A stretch of DNA of 43,188 nucleotides. It comes from a virus. Taxonomy: Duplodnaviria; Caudoviricetes. The stretch is taken from the IMG/VR virus record IMGVR_UViG_3300032088_000018, positions 1-43,188 of that record, one strand, 5' to 3'. This document shows, in pieces, positions 17,548 through 26,465 of this stretch; within the stretch, counting starts at the first letter, position 1; each line of letters starts with the position of its first letter. The position numbers and the translations under genes are program-made. Under the pieces are notes generated by a model. It was not told where the DNA came from, ran no database searches, and saw nothing but the letters and a program-made list of their open reading frames with translations.

Positions 17548-18311
17548 TGCAGGGGGTGGTTCTGGGGGCAGATATTAATGCACTAAGGTACGCTTTCGAA
17601 CATGGCTTGCCACTGCTTTATGTTGACGCCAAGAAGCCCCACCACCTCTCTGAAGACCTGAGCGAGTGGCATCATTTATATTGGTGCCTTTCACTTGCGG
17701 GAAAGATTGTTTTCGCAAACATGGTCACCTCAATCACCGTCAATCCAGACTCTGGCTCATTAAAAGTTATTTATAATAATCGAACAAGAACTTTTGAGGG
17801 TATCAATAAGTTTTATATCTTTGACGAATCGAACATCGCTGGCTTACCCACCTCAATAAGGATGTCCACAGATGTTGTCGAAGTGCTCGACTGGATTAAT
17901 GTGAGGAGTGGCATGAAGCACGAGCACGATAAAATAGAAAACACTTCTCAGTTCATGAAGACTATAATATTTTACCCAACTCTCAGAATTGATGGAAACC
18001 ACGACCTGAAAGATGTTTGCGTGAAGAGTTACTTGGTCGACACTAAGGTTGACCAATTTGAGCATTCAGAACTTGTTGTTAAAATAAAAACGCAAGAAGC
18101 AATGAAGCAAGCTGGCATCAGGGGCGCTGGAAACGGCGTAGGAAAGTTTCTTTCCATAAAGCTCGAATCTGACAGACGGGAAGTCACGCCACTGGGGCAC
18201 CCAGTCTACAGCGACCTTCCAGAGAATTTAATTTTTAGACCTGCTGCACAGTGCTCAAAGTCTTGTGATGATTATTTAAACATTTTAATGCGTGAGGTCA
18301 ACCTTGATTGA
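17547..18311 (+). CDS. Hypothetical protein, possible degenerate Rossmann/FAD-binding N-terminus
   Basis: N-terminal VVLGADINALRYA beta-alpha unit. Coupled to the upstream gene by TAATG. Confidence 0.55.
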   Translation: MQGVVLGADINALRYAFEHGLPLLYVDAKKPHHLSEDLSEWHHLYWCLSLAGKIVFANMVTSITVNPDSGSLKVIYNNRTRTFEGINKFYIFDESNIAGLPTSIRMSTDVVEVLDWINVRSGMKHEHDKIENTSQFMKTIIFYPTLRIDGNHDLKDVCVKSYLVDTKVDQFEHSELVVKIKTQEAMKQAGIRGAGNGVGKFLSIKLESDRREVTPLGHPVYSDLPENLIFRPAAQCSKSCDDYLNILMREVNLD

Positions 18312-19176
18312 ATCGGGTACCCAAACGACTCAGGCGTTTCACCTAGCGGGCATCGTGCCTGTTGCATCGCAACCGCTGGATTTTAGTTTTCCATGGCACG
18401 ACAGCTTGATGCCCATTGGCAAGAACTACCTTGCGGTGGAAAGGGCAGTTTTAGAGTGCGCCTGGGCTGGATGCGAGACCATTTGGGTCGTCTGCCACAG
18501 GGAGATGCAGCCGATAATCAAAGCCCGCCTCGGCGAGTGGATTCAAGACCCAAATTGGCTACTACAAAAAGAGTTGTACCCGAGCACTGTTCAGCGCAGG
18601 CTCCCAATCTATTATGTTCCCATTCACCCCAAGGATAGGGATAGGAGAGACTGCTTAGGGTGGTCGGCATTGTATGGAGCCCTAAGCGCCTATCACATAT
18701 CTAGGAAGATTTCCAAGTGGGTTATTCCAGATAAATATTATTGCGCTTTTCCATATGGAGTTTACGACCCATCCCAGATTAGAAAGCAAAGAAAAAATAT
18801 TTCCAGCAATAGAAGTTTCTTCTTGACAAGTGATGGAAAATCTGTTAAAAATGGAGAGTATTTGGGATTTACTTTTGATGGAGAAGATTTTAAAACTTGC
18901 AGAAGGGAATTGCGCAAAGAGGGAACCCCTGGCTCTGATGATAAGACGGGCAGAATGTTGCCACCAGAAAAAAGATGGTCAGCGAGGTTCTTTTCCCTTG
19001 ACAAAGTTTTTAAACATGTTATAATGAATAAAGAAAGTGGTCATGAGATAGATGGCTACCACAAGATTGACTCTTGGGCGAATTATACAAGATTTATATC
19101 TTCAGGAGAGACTTATGAAAAACCAGAATTTTTTAAACCAAGGAAATGGAATAGAGTGGGAGACACAAGTGAGTAA
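18304..19176 (+). CDS. Divergent sugar-nucleotidyltransferase (NTP_transferase) fold protein
   Basis: LAGIVPVA...PWHDSLMPIG..YLAVERAVLECAWAGCETIWVV parallels RmlA/GalU N-termini but lacks GxGTR. TTG 18304 follows GAGG; GTG 18292 is the alternative start. Confidence 0.6.
   Translation: MIESGTQTTQAFHLAGIVPVASQPLDFSFPWHDSLMPIGKNYLAVERAVLECAWAGCETIWVVCHREMQPIIKARLGEWIQDPNWLLQKELYPSTVQRRLPIYYVPIHPKDRDRRDCLGWSALYGALSAYHISRKISKWVIPDKYYCAFPYGVYDPSQIRKQRKNISSNRSFFLTSDGKSVKNGEYLGFTFDGEDFKTCRRELRKEGTPGSDDKTGRMLPPEKRWSARFFSLDKVFKHVIMNKESGHEIDGYHKIDSWANYTRFISSGETYEKPEFFKPRKWNRVGDTSE
18998..19025 (+). promoter_or_regulatory. Intragenic sigma70-type promoter
   Basis: TTTTCCCTTGACA-16 nt-TATAAT with extended TG. 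Confidence 0.55.
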
Positions 19177-19405
19177 TAGACGGAAAAGCAGGTCAGTTGA
19201 GCAGATTTATGATGACATTTGTTATATTAAAAAAGAACACGCTGGCTTACCAAATAGATATTATATGTTGACCTCCGAGCAGGAACTTTTTTTAGAATTA
19301 TTTGCAGAATCGCTTGACAAACCCCCCCGTGATGATGTATTATATGCTCGTGACGCTGTGGTTGAAGCACTAGAGTCACTTGAAACTTTACTAAAAGAGG
19401 TATAA
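19169..19405 (+). CDS. Hypothetical protein (78 aa)
   Basis: GTG 19169 follows GGGAG and overlaps the upstream stop. The ORF ends just before dnaE. Confidence 0.55.
   Translation: MSNRRKSRSVEQIYDDICYIKKEHAGLPNRYYMLTSEQELFLELFAESLDKPPRDDVLYARDAVVEALESLETLLKEV
19314..19343 (+). promoter_or_regulatory. sigma70-type promoter upstream of dnaE
   Basis: TTGACA-18 nt-TATTAT. Confidence 0.55.
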
Positions 19406-19407
19406 GC

Positions 19408-22400
19408 TTGGAAAATAGAAACTCATCATCCATCCCGTTCGTCGGTCTACACGCCCACTCTGTTGCGGGCTCACCGTTCGATGCCCTCGGATATCCTCAA
19501 GAGCACATGGAGTATGCTTATAATAATGGCATGAATGCGCTTGCACTCACTGACCATGGGAACTGCAACGGCTTAGCTTATCAGGTGCTTCACGCAAAGA
19601 AGATGAAAGATGCGGGTCGAGACTTCAAGCCAATCTTTGGTGTCGAAGCCTACTTTCACCCTTCAATCGACGGCTGGAAAGAAGATTACGAAGAAGCCAA
19701 GAAGGTCAAGAAGAATCGGTCTGCCCTCAAAGACGGTGGCACTGGCGGCGCTGTAGTCGAAGACGAACAGCGAAACTTCAAGGGACTTGTGAATCGGCGC
19801 AACCACCTTATCCTCCTTGCTCAAAACCAGACGGGCTTAAACAACATCTTTAAGATGGTCTCTGATTCATTCTCGGGCGATAACTACTACCGATTCCCCC
19901 GTGTTGATTATGAGTTGCTTGCCAAGCACTCTGAAGGCGTCATCGCCGCTTCTGCCTGTCTTGGCGGAGTCTATGCTGGGTGCATGTGGCGCAACGGCGT
20001 GTACGACGACGACGGCAATCGCACAGGGTTTGATGAGGAGGCTGTGCTTGCGGATATGCGAGAAACCACTCGGGAGATGCAAAAGATTTTTGGTGACCGA
20101 TGGTATGGCGAGCTTCAGTGGAACAACATCCCAGAACAGCACATTCTAAATAATTATATTATTCAGATGTCGAAAGAGTTCGACATGCAGCTAATCTCTA
20201 CTGCCGATAGTCACTATCCAAATCCAGACGCTTGGAAGGACCGCATCCTTTACAAGAAGTTGGGCTGGTTGGGTCGAAAGGATGAGGTGCCGTCCGAGCT
20301 TCCTGCTGGGCTAGATGAGGTGGGTTACGAGCTTTACCCGAAGAATGGCGAGCAAATGTGGGAGAGCTATAAGCAGTATTCCGAGGAAGCGGGAATCCAG
20401 TACGACGATGATATCGTCATGGACTCAATCACACGGACTGCTCTCATTGCATCTGAGTCGATTGAAGATTTCATGCCAGACACCAAGGTCCGCCTTCCAG
20501 ACTTCGTAGTGCCAGAAGGGATGACGGCAACTCAAGCTCTCGTTGCGCTGTCGATTGAGGGGTTGAAGGCAAAGGGCTTCGGCGACAATCAGGAGTATAT
20601 TGCTCGCCTCAAGACCGAGCTTGAAGTTATTGACTCTCGTGGCTTTTCAAAGTATTTCCTGACTATGCGAGCAGTCGCAGATAAGGCTGTCCAGAAGCAG
20701 CTTGTAGGTCCAGGTCGAGGTTCAGCCGCTGGCTCACTGGTTTCCTATGTGCTAGACATTACACAGGTGGACCCAATTAAGTATGGTTTGCTATTTAGCC
20801 GATTCATGCGCTCGGACGCTACGGATTATCCTGATATCGATTACGATGTAGCAGAGCCGATGGAACTTAAAGAGGAGTTGGCTAAGGAGTGGGGCGAGAA
20901 CACCGTTGTTCCTATTTCCAACTGGAACACTCTCCAGCTTCGTTCCTTGATTAAGGATATTTCAAAGTTCTATCAGATTCCGTTTGTTGAGGTAAACGCT
21001 GTTACTGGCAGGATGTTGCATGAGGCTACTCCGAAGGCAAAGCGTAAGCATGGCATTACTGCTGGCGTATACGCTCCGACCTTCGAAGAAGTGATGGAGT
21101 TTTCAGAGTCCCTTCAGTCTTTCTTGCGCAAGTACCCACATGTCAAGACGCATGTCGAGGCTCTTTACGGTCAGGTCCGCTCTTGCTCACGCCACGCTGG
21201 TGGCGTCGTTATCGCTGAAGACTTAGACAAGTATATGCCCCTCATTACCAGCGGCGGCGTCAAGCAAGCTCCATGGTCAGAGGGACAGAATGTTCGCCAT
21301 CTTGAGCCAATGGGGTTCATCAAGTTTGATATTCTCGGTCTGGCATCGCTACGGATGATGGACAACTGTATTAGGAATGTTCTTCGTCGCCACTTCGACA
21401 ATGCCAAGCCATCGTTCGACGATGTTAGAGACTTCTATAATAAAAACCTGCACCCTGATGTCGTCGACTTCGACAACCAAGAAGTGTATGAAAATGTTTT
21501 TCACAAGGGGCGCTGGGCTGGCATCTTTCAGTTTACAGAGGCGGGCGCTCAAAGCTTCTGCGTCAATGCGAAGCCACGAAGTATCATTGATATCTCAGCG
21601 ATTACTTCTATCTTCCGTCCTGGTCCACTATCTGCCAAGGTCGATAGAAACTATGTTGAAGCTAAGGAGAATCCAGATGCCGTCAAGTACCTGAACGACA
21701 CTGCAAAAGAGTTGACAGAGGAGACTTACGGCTTCCTTATCTTTCAAGAGCAGATTGCTTTGCTTGCTCACAAGCTTGGCGGGCTCACGCTAGATGAGGG
21801 CAACCTTCTTCGCAAGGTTCTGACCAAGAAGGGTACTGGCAAGGGCGGCATTGTTGACAAGCTTCGTGAAAAGTTTGTTGCTGGCTGCTCCGAAAAGAAT
21901 ATTTCTATTCGGGATGCAGAAAAACTGTGGGATAAGTTTGAATTCTTCTCTGGTTATGGCTTCAATAAGTCACACGCTGTTTCCTATTCGATGCTATCGT
22001 TTCAGTGTGCATGGCTATTCCACTATTACCCAGTGGAGTGGATTGCAGCCTTCTTGGACAAGGAGCCCGAGTCACGCAAGGAACGAGCAATCAATGCCGC
22101 TAAGAAGCTTGGGTTTGAAATCGAAAAGATTGATATTAATCTGTCGGACAGGGACTGGACCATTGACGGCAACAAGCTGATTCAGCCATTCTCTTCAATC
22201 AAGGGTCTGGGTGATGCAGCGATTGACCAAATCTTGAACAACCGACCGTTCAATACGATTGAGGACTTTTTGTTCAATGAGGATGTTGTATATTCCAAGC
22301 TTAATAAGAAAGCACTCGATGTTCTTGTCAGGTGTCAGGCACTGAATTGTTTGGTTGATGATAGGTTTGACGGTCTTAAGCACTTTTGGTCATCAACTGC

Positions 22401-22845
22401 TGTTGACCGTCCTAAGACAAAGAAGAAGTTCCACGAGAACATTGAACTCTATCGACCCGAGGGCGACTTCACGGTTGAAGAGGTAATTCAATATCAGGTC
22501 GATTTGACTGGGACATTCCCCTTCGACTTGGTTCTTGACGAGGCAGTCCTTGATAAGCTTGAGACGCATCAGATTCCACCACTTGGTGACTTTGACCCCG
22601 ACCTAGGTGTTGCTTGGTTTATTCCGAGAGAGATTATCGAGAAGAAGACCAAGAACGGCAAGGACTATTGGATTGTAAAAGTAATTGATTCAACGAGTTC
22701 CGTTGCTTCTATCAAGTGCTGGGGAGTCAAGAAGGGTGTTGATAATCTTTTTATTAACAGACCATACATGGCTAAGTTAGAATACAGTGAACAGTGGGGC
22801 TTCAGCACAAGAAGCCTTCGCCGTAATTTTAGAGTTTTATCATAA
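19408..22845 (+). CDS. dnaE: DNA polymerase III alpha subunit (family C)
   Basis: PHP domain (LHAHS, TDHG, DSHY), GRGSAAGS, PDIDYD, HAGGV, KFDILGL and GYGFNKSHA. Confidence 0.96.
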   Translation: MENRNSSSIPFVGLHAHSVAGSPFDALGYPQEHMEYAYNNGMNALALTDHGNCNGLAYQVLHAKKMKDAGRDFKPIFGVEAYFHPSIDGWKEDYEEAKKVKKNRSALKDGGTGGAVVEDEQRNFKGLVNRRNHLILLAQNQTGLNNIFKMVSDSFSGDNYYRFPRVDYELLAKHSEGVIAASACLGGVYAGCMWRNGVYDDDGNRTGFDEEAVLADMRETTREMQKIFGDRWYGELQWNNIPEQHILNNYIIQMSKEFDMQLISTADSHYPNPDAWKDRILYKKLGWLGRKDEVPSELPAGLDEVGYELYPKNGEQMWESYKQYSEEAGIQYDDDIVMDSITRTALIASESIEDFMPDTKVRLPDFVVPEGMTATQALVALSIEGLKAKGFGDNQEYIARLKTELEVIDSRGFSKYFLTMRAVADKAVQKQLVGPGRGSAAGSLVSYVLDITQVDPIKYGLLFSRFMRSDATDYPDIDYDVAEPMELKEELAKEWGENTVVPISNWNTLQLRSLIKDISKFYQIPFVEVNAVTGRMLHEATPKAKRKHGITAGVYAPTFEEVMEFSESLQSFLRKYPHVKTHVEALYGQVRSCSRHAGGVVIAEDLDKYMPLITSGGVKQAPWSEGQNVRHLEPMGFIKFDILGLASLRMMDNCIRNVLRRHFDNAKPSFDDVRDFYNKNLHPDVVDFDNQEVYENVFHKGRWAGIFQFTEAGAQSFCVNAKPRSIIDISAITSIFRPGPLSAKVDRNYVEAKENPDAVKYLNDTAKELTEETYGFLIFQEQIALLAHKLGGLTLDEGNLLRKVLTKKGTGKGGIVDKLREKFVAGCSEKNISIRDAEKLWDKFEFFSGYGFNKSHAVSYSMLSFQCAWLFHYYPVEWIAAFLDKEPESRKERAINAAKKLGFEIEKIDINLSDRDWTIDGNKLIQPFSSIKGLGDAAIDQILNNRPFNTIEDFLFNEDVVYSKLNKKALDVLVRCQALNCLVDDRFDGLKHFWSSTAVDRPKTKKKFHENIELYRPEGDFTVEEVIQYQVDLTGTFPFDLVLDEAVLDKLETHQIPPLGDFDPDLGVAWFIPREIIEKKTKNGKDYWIVKVIDSTSSVASIKCWGVKKGVDNLFINRPYMAKLEYSEQWGFSTRSLRRNFRVLS

Positions 22846-22857
22846 AAGGAGAGATAG

Positions 22858-23322
22858 ATGATTATTGAATTTTCAAGAGTTAGACCAGATGTGCGCCCAC
22901 CAGAACGAGCGAACCCATCCGACGCAGGCTTGGATGTGTTTTATAACCCATCAGACCCCACGGTGACAGCTATGCGTGTCGAGCCAGGACAGTCGGTTGT
23001 TTTACAGACTGGTTTGAAGTTTGGAGTGCCTCACGGGTATATGTTGGAGGTGAAGAACCGTTCCAGTATCGCAGCAAAGTACGGTCTTCTTGTCGGTGCA
23101 TGTGTTATTGATTCTGGCTACGACGGGGAAGTGTTTATTAACTTACACAATGTTAGCTCAGAGGTCCGACACCTTGCAGCAAAAGATAAGATTGCTCAAG
23201 TGGTTCTAACTCCCGTGGTCCACTTCCGACCACTTGAGACAAGCGGCGATTTATATAATTGGTATCCGATTACAATCAGCGACCGTGGAGACGGCGCATT
23301 GGGTTCAACAGATGACAGTTAG
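22858..23322 (+). CDS. dut: dUTPase (trimeric)
   Basis: DAGLD, NRSS, VIDSGYDGE, KIAQ and RGDGALGST. Confidence 0.95.
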   Translation: MIIEFSRVRPDVRPPERANPSDAGLDVFYNPSDPTVTAMRVEPGQSVVLQTGLKFGVPHGYMLEVKNRSSIAAKYGLLVGACVIDSGYDGEVFINLHNVSSEVRHLAAKDKIAQVVLTPVVHFRPLETSGDLYNWYPITISDRGDGALGSTDDS

Positions 23323-23572
23323 TAAAAGAAGCGTCGCTCGACGAAAAAAGAAGCAAGCGGAAAAAGAATTAAAAACAAAGATGGGTATGTTTTCTCGACT
23401 CCCAGACAACTGCGGTGCCTGCTTAAAAGATTTTGATAAGCAGGATAAAGAGATGGTTCAGTCATGGACAGTAGTAGTAAAAGAGAAAGAAAAGAAAGTT
23501 AATTTATATTGCCCTGAGTGCTGGGCAACAGCGCAATCAGCCGTTGAACAATTTTATAAGGAAAAAGAATAA
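23312..23572 (+). CDS. Small Zn-finger hypothetical protein
   Basis: CGAC...YCPECW with a basic N-terminus. ATG 23312 overlaps the end of dut. Confidence 0.65.
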   Translation: MTVSKRSVARRKKKQAEKELKTKMGMFSRLPDNCGACLKDFDKQDKEMVQSWTVVVKEKEKKVNLYCPECWATAQSAVEQFYKEKE

Positions 23573-24628
23573 ATGCGAGACAATAGAATTCACGAGGCAC
23601 TTGCATACGATGATGTACTGTTGGTGCCCCAGTATAGCGAGATTGAAAGCCGCAGTCAGGTGAGCTTGACCACCGACATGGGCAATGGGTTAGTTTTAAA
23701 TCTGCCAGTGATTGCTAGCCCAATGGATACGATTTCTGGACCTGCAATGTGCAGTGTTCTGGATAACGCTGGCGGCATCGGCATTCTTCACAGGTATAAT
23801 ACTGTGGAAAAGCAGGTAGAGAATGTCAGGACAGCAATCGACGAGGGCGCAAGGAATGTTGGAGTCGCAGTTGGTGTCACAGGTGACTATCTTCTTCGAG
23901 CGCTCAGCGCTATAGACGCTGGCGCAAATGTGGTCTGCGTCGATGTGGCTCATGGTCACCATGTACTTGTTAGGGAAGCAATTAAGACTCTTCGTGAAGC
24001 CATGGGTCAAGACTTTCACATCATGGCTGGTAATGTAGCAACCCTGGAAGGTTTCGATGCCCTGTCTTCTTGGGGCGCAGACTCCATACGCTGCAATATC
24101 GGCGGTGGCTCAATTTGCACGACTCGTATTCAAACTGGTCACGGCGTCCCTGGGCTTCATACTTTATTCGAGTGCGCCTCAAGTGAGAACGCAGGTCGAG
24201 TAAAGATTATTGCTGACGGCGGTCTGCGGTCATCTGGGGATATCGTCAAGGCGTATGCAGCAGGTGCAGATGTGGTCATGTTGGGCTCTATGCTTGCGGG
24301 AACCACTGAGTCTTGTGGAGAATTAATCCATGAGTATAACCCAGTTACTGGCAAGAGGGAGAGTAAGAAGGTATATCGAGGCATGGCAAGTCCAGAGGCA
24401 CAAAACGACTGGCGTGGTCGGACCTCCAGTATCGAGGGTATCTCGGCTACTGTACCATTTAAAGGTGAAGCCACTCCAATCCTCTCTAAGCTCGAAGGCG
24501 GCATCCGTTCTGGGTTGTCTTATAGTGGAGCAGTGAGTATTCCAGAGCTTCACTCAAAGGCACGATTTGTTCGTCAGACTCCCGCAGGAAGAGCAGAGTC
24601 TGGAGCCCATGTTTTAAAGGGGTACTAA
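23573..24628 (+). CDS. guaB: IMP dehydrogenase/GMP reductase family protein (no CBS domains)
   Basis: YDDVLLVP, ASPMDT, DVAHGH, GNVAT, IGGGSICTT, IADGG, YRGMAS and IRSGLSYSG. Confidence 0.88.
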   Translation: MRDNRIHEALAYDDVLLVPQYSEIESRSQVSLTTDMGNGLVLNLPVIASPMDTISGPAMCSVLDNAGGIGILHRYNTVEKQVENVRTAIDEGARNVGVAVGVTGDYLLRALSAIDAGANVVCVDVAHGHHVLVREAIKTLREAMGQDFHIMAGNVATLEGFDALSSWGADSIRCNIGGGSICTTRIQTGHGVPGLHTLFECASSENAGRVKIIADGGLRSSGDIVKAYAAGADVVMLGSMLAGTTESCGELIHEYNPVTGKRESKKVYRGMASPEAQNDWRGRTSSIEGISATVPFKGEATPILSKLEGGIRSGLSYSGAVSIPELHSKARFVRQTPAGRAESGAHVLKGY

Positions 24629-24630
24629 CA

Positions 24631-24954
24631 GTGCCATATGGAGAGAACAAAAAGAAAATAGTTTTCTATGATACAGATGCCCGCCATGCGGACCTGAAGA
24701 TAAGACTTCAATATCATGGAATGACGCAATCCTCTTTCTTCAGGGCGGTCATTACCGCTATGGTAGACGAGGACGAATTGTTTAGGGACTTCTTGACAAA
24801 CTACAAAGAGAGTAAAAACATACAAAAGAAGACCCATCTGAAAAAGATAAAAGAAGAGCAGCAGTTAGCTGATGAAAATAAAAAGAACTTTCTCCAAAAA
24901 GACGAGATAAGTGATATTTTTGATTTAATTGAAATGGAGCACCCTGACCTATGA
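24631..24954 (+). CDS. Hypothetical protein (possible ribbon-helix-helix-like N-terminus)
   Basis: KKIVFYDTDARHADLKIRLQYHGMTQSSFFR strand-helix-helix pattern. Coupled to the downstream gene. Confidence 0.6.
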   Translation: MPYGENKKKIVFYDTDARHADLKIRLQYHGMTQSSFFRAVITAMVDEDELFRDFLTNYKESKNIQKKTHLKKIKEEQQLADENKKNFLQKDEISDIFDLIEMEHPDL

Positions 24955-25235
24955 GTGATATGCAAAAACCAAATATTAAAGATTTACGAGCCTGTAGCCA
25001 AATGTGCCTTAAACTCGATGTTTCCTGCCCAAAAGAAAATTCAGATTGTCGATATTGGATTGACCACGAGGGCGACTCGAATTGCACCTTTGTAGCAATC
25101 CATAATAACAATGGAAATGCGATGAGCTTGAGAGAGGTGTCGGAAAGACTTGGGGTGAGCCATGTCTGGGTATCGCAGATAGAGAAGAACATGGTCAACA
25201 AATTGAAGAAACAATTTAAGGACTATGCTCTGTAA
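24951..25235 (+). CDS. Stand-alone sigma70 region-4-like HTH protein with Cys-rich N-terminus
   Basis: MSLREVSERLGVSHVWVSQIEKNMVNKLK parallels sigma4 TLxEVGxxFxVTRERIRQIE. Five N-terminal Cys residues. Confidence 0.72.
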   Translation: MSDMQKPNIKDLRACSQMCLKLDVSCPKENSDCRYWIDHEGDSNCTFVAIHNNNGNAMSLREVSERLGVSHVWVSQIEKNMVNKLKKQFKDYAL

Positions 25236-25270
25236 TAACAATTTATAGAGGTGCCTTTTGCGTTCAACGC

Positions 25271-25278
25271 ACTATTTA
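25271..25278 (+). promoter_or_regulatory. Candidate late promoter ACTATTTA
   Basis: The same octamer occurs in the intergenic regions at 32087 and 36855, each ahead of probable late genes. Confidence 0.55.
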
Positions 25279-25358
25279 TAAAGTGTGACACAGCGCAGCC
25301 CTCTTCAATCGTTGGCTGACAGCGAAATAAAGAATTTTTTTAAGGAGAAATAAAAAAA

Positions 25359-25976
25359 ATGAGCAAGAAGAAAATGCTTGAAGAAGCGCAAGTTAGAAGA
25401 ATGTTCGAATTGGCTGGTATGCCTGCCATCGGTGACGGGTTTATTGGTGGAAAGTACGCCAAGCTCGCAGAAGAAGAGGAAGAGAAGGACGAGCTTGAAG
25501 AAGCTGAAGACTGTCCTCACTGCAATGGCGACGCTCCCAAGAGCGAGTGCACTCATGACGCCAAGAACGAGGGCAGCATGAAGTATTCTCGTGAAGAAGA
25601 AGGTGAAGAAGCCATGGCTGACGAAGCCCCTGCTGAAGAGCCTGAAATGGAAATGGGTGCGGAAGAAGCTCCTGAGATGGCAATGGACGCTGCTCCTTCG
25701 TCAGACATTCCACAAGAAAAAATCGAAGCTATCGTTGACGCAGTGCTTGCTGGTATTGAGCAGGAGACTGGCGTCCCACTAGAGAGGGTTCCTGAAGAAG
25801 GTGCTGAAGCTCCCGCTGAAGAGGCTCCCGCTGAAGAGGCTCCCGCCGAAGAAGGTCCAGAGATGGCAATGGGCGGCGAAGAGGAAGAGGAAGATATTTC
25901 TCTTGAGAGTAGAATTGTACAAGAAGTCTCTCGCCGAGTTGCGAGAAGACTTATCCAAATCACAAAGAAAAAGTAA
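25359..25976 (+). CDS. Highly acidic protein, probable head core/scaffold-like
   Basis: Glu/Ala/Pro-rich with EEAPA repeats. N-terminal LEEAQVRRMFELAG and C-terminal LESRIVQEVSRRVARRL amphipathic helices. AAGGAG RBS. Confidence 0.65.
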   Translation: MSKKKMLEEAQVRRMFELAGMPAIGDGFIGGKYAKLAEEEEEKDELEEAEDCPHCNGDAPKSECTHDAKNEGSMKYSREEEGEEAMADEAPAEEPEMEMGAEEAPEMAMDAAPSSDIPQEKIEAIVDAVLAGIEQETGVPLERVPEEGAEAPAEEAPAEEAPAEEGPEMAMGGEEEEEDISLESRIVQEVSRRVARRLIQITKKK

Positions 25977-26023
25977 GTCTAAACTACCTCCCAAGTAATG
26001 CAACTTAAAAACTTTTGTGGCTG

Positions 26024-26055
26024 AAGAAAGCAGGCTAACCCCCTGCTTTCTTTTT
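26024..26055 (+). terminator. Rho-independent terminator
   Basis: AAGAAAGCAGG-CTAACCC-CCTGCTTTCTT followed by a T-tract. Confidence 0.8.
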
Positions 26056-26071
26056 ATCTAAAAGGAGACTG

Positions 26072-26464
26072 ATGGTGGAATATGGATATGTTGTGAGCCT
26101 TTCCCTGCTTGTGGGTGCGCTTATAGGCTGGAACCTTCGAGGGTTTTGGAATAGGTTAATGCTCTCTGTCACTTTAATTAATGTGGCAAGAACAACAGAG
26201 AGGAGTTGTTTGATTATGCTTTCTCGTGCGAGCGAGCACTATCATCATTCGCTTACGATGCTGAAGATGGCTGGCGAAAAGACCGACAAGAAGAACGAAA
26301 TCATCTCTACAATCAACAGTTTGGAATTTACACACACTGAGTGGAAAAAGACAGCAGTCCAGACTATTTACAACATACATCCGTTCAAGTCCACTGTGCA
26401 GTGGTACGACTGGCGAACTGCCATGCAGAGCGTCACGGAAGAAAATCTTTCTAGGAGAAAATAA
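26072..26464 (+). CDS. Hypothetical membrane-anchored protein
   Basis: N-terminal hydrophobic segment YVVSLSLLVGALIGW. AAGGAG RBS. Confidence 0.7.
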   Translation: MVEYGYVVSLSLLVGALIGWNLRGFWNRLMLSVTLINVARTTERSCLIMLSRASEHYHHSLTMLKMAGEKTDKKNEIISTINSLEFTHTEWKKTAVQTIYNIHPFKSTVQWYDWRTAMQSVTEENLSRRK

Positions 26465-26465
26465 A

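Noticed and set aside
13935-22845. Inteins or introns in nrdJ and dnaE
   Set aside because: Lengths are normal, catalytic motifs are uninterrupted, and no intein splice or homing endonuclease motifs were seen.
25248-25260. GAGGTGCCTTTTG resembling the 3' end of repeat copy 2
   Set aside because: There is no upstream GGCAC partner or CAGG loop, so it is probably chance.
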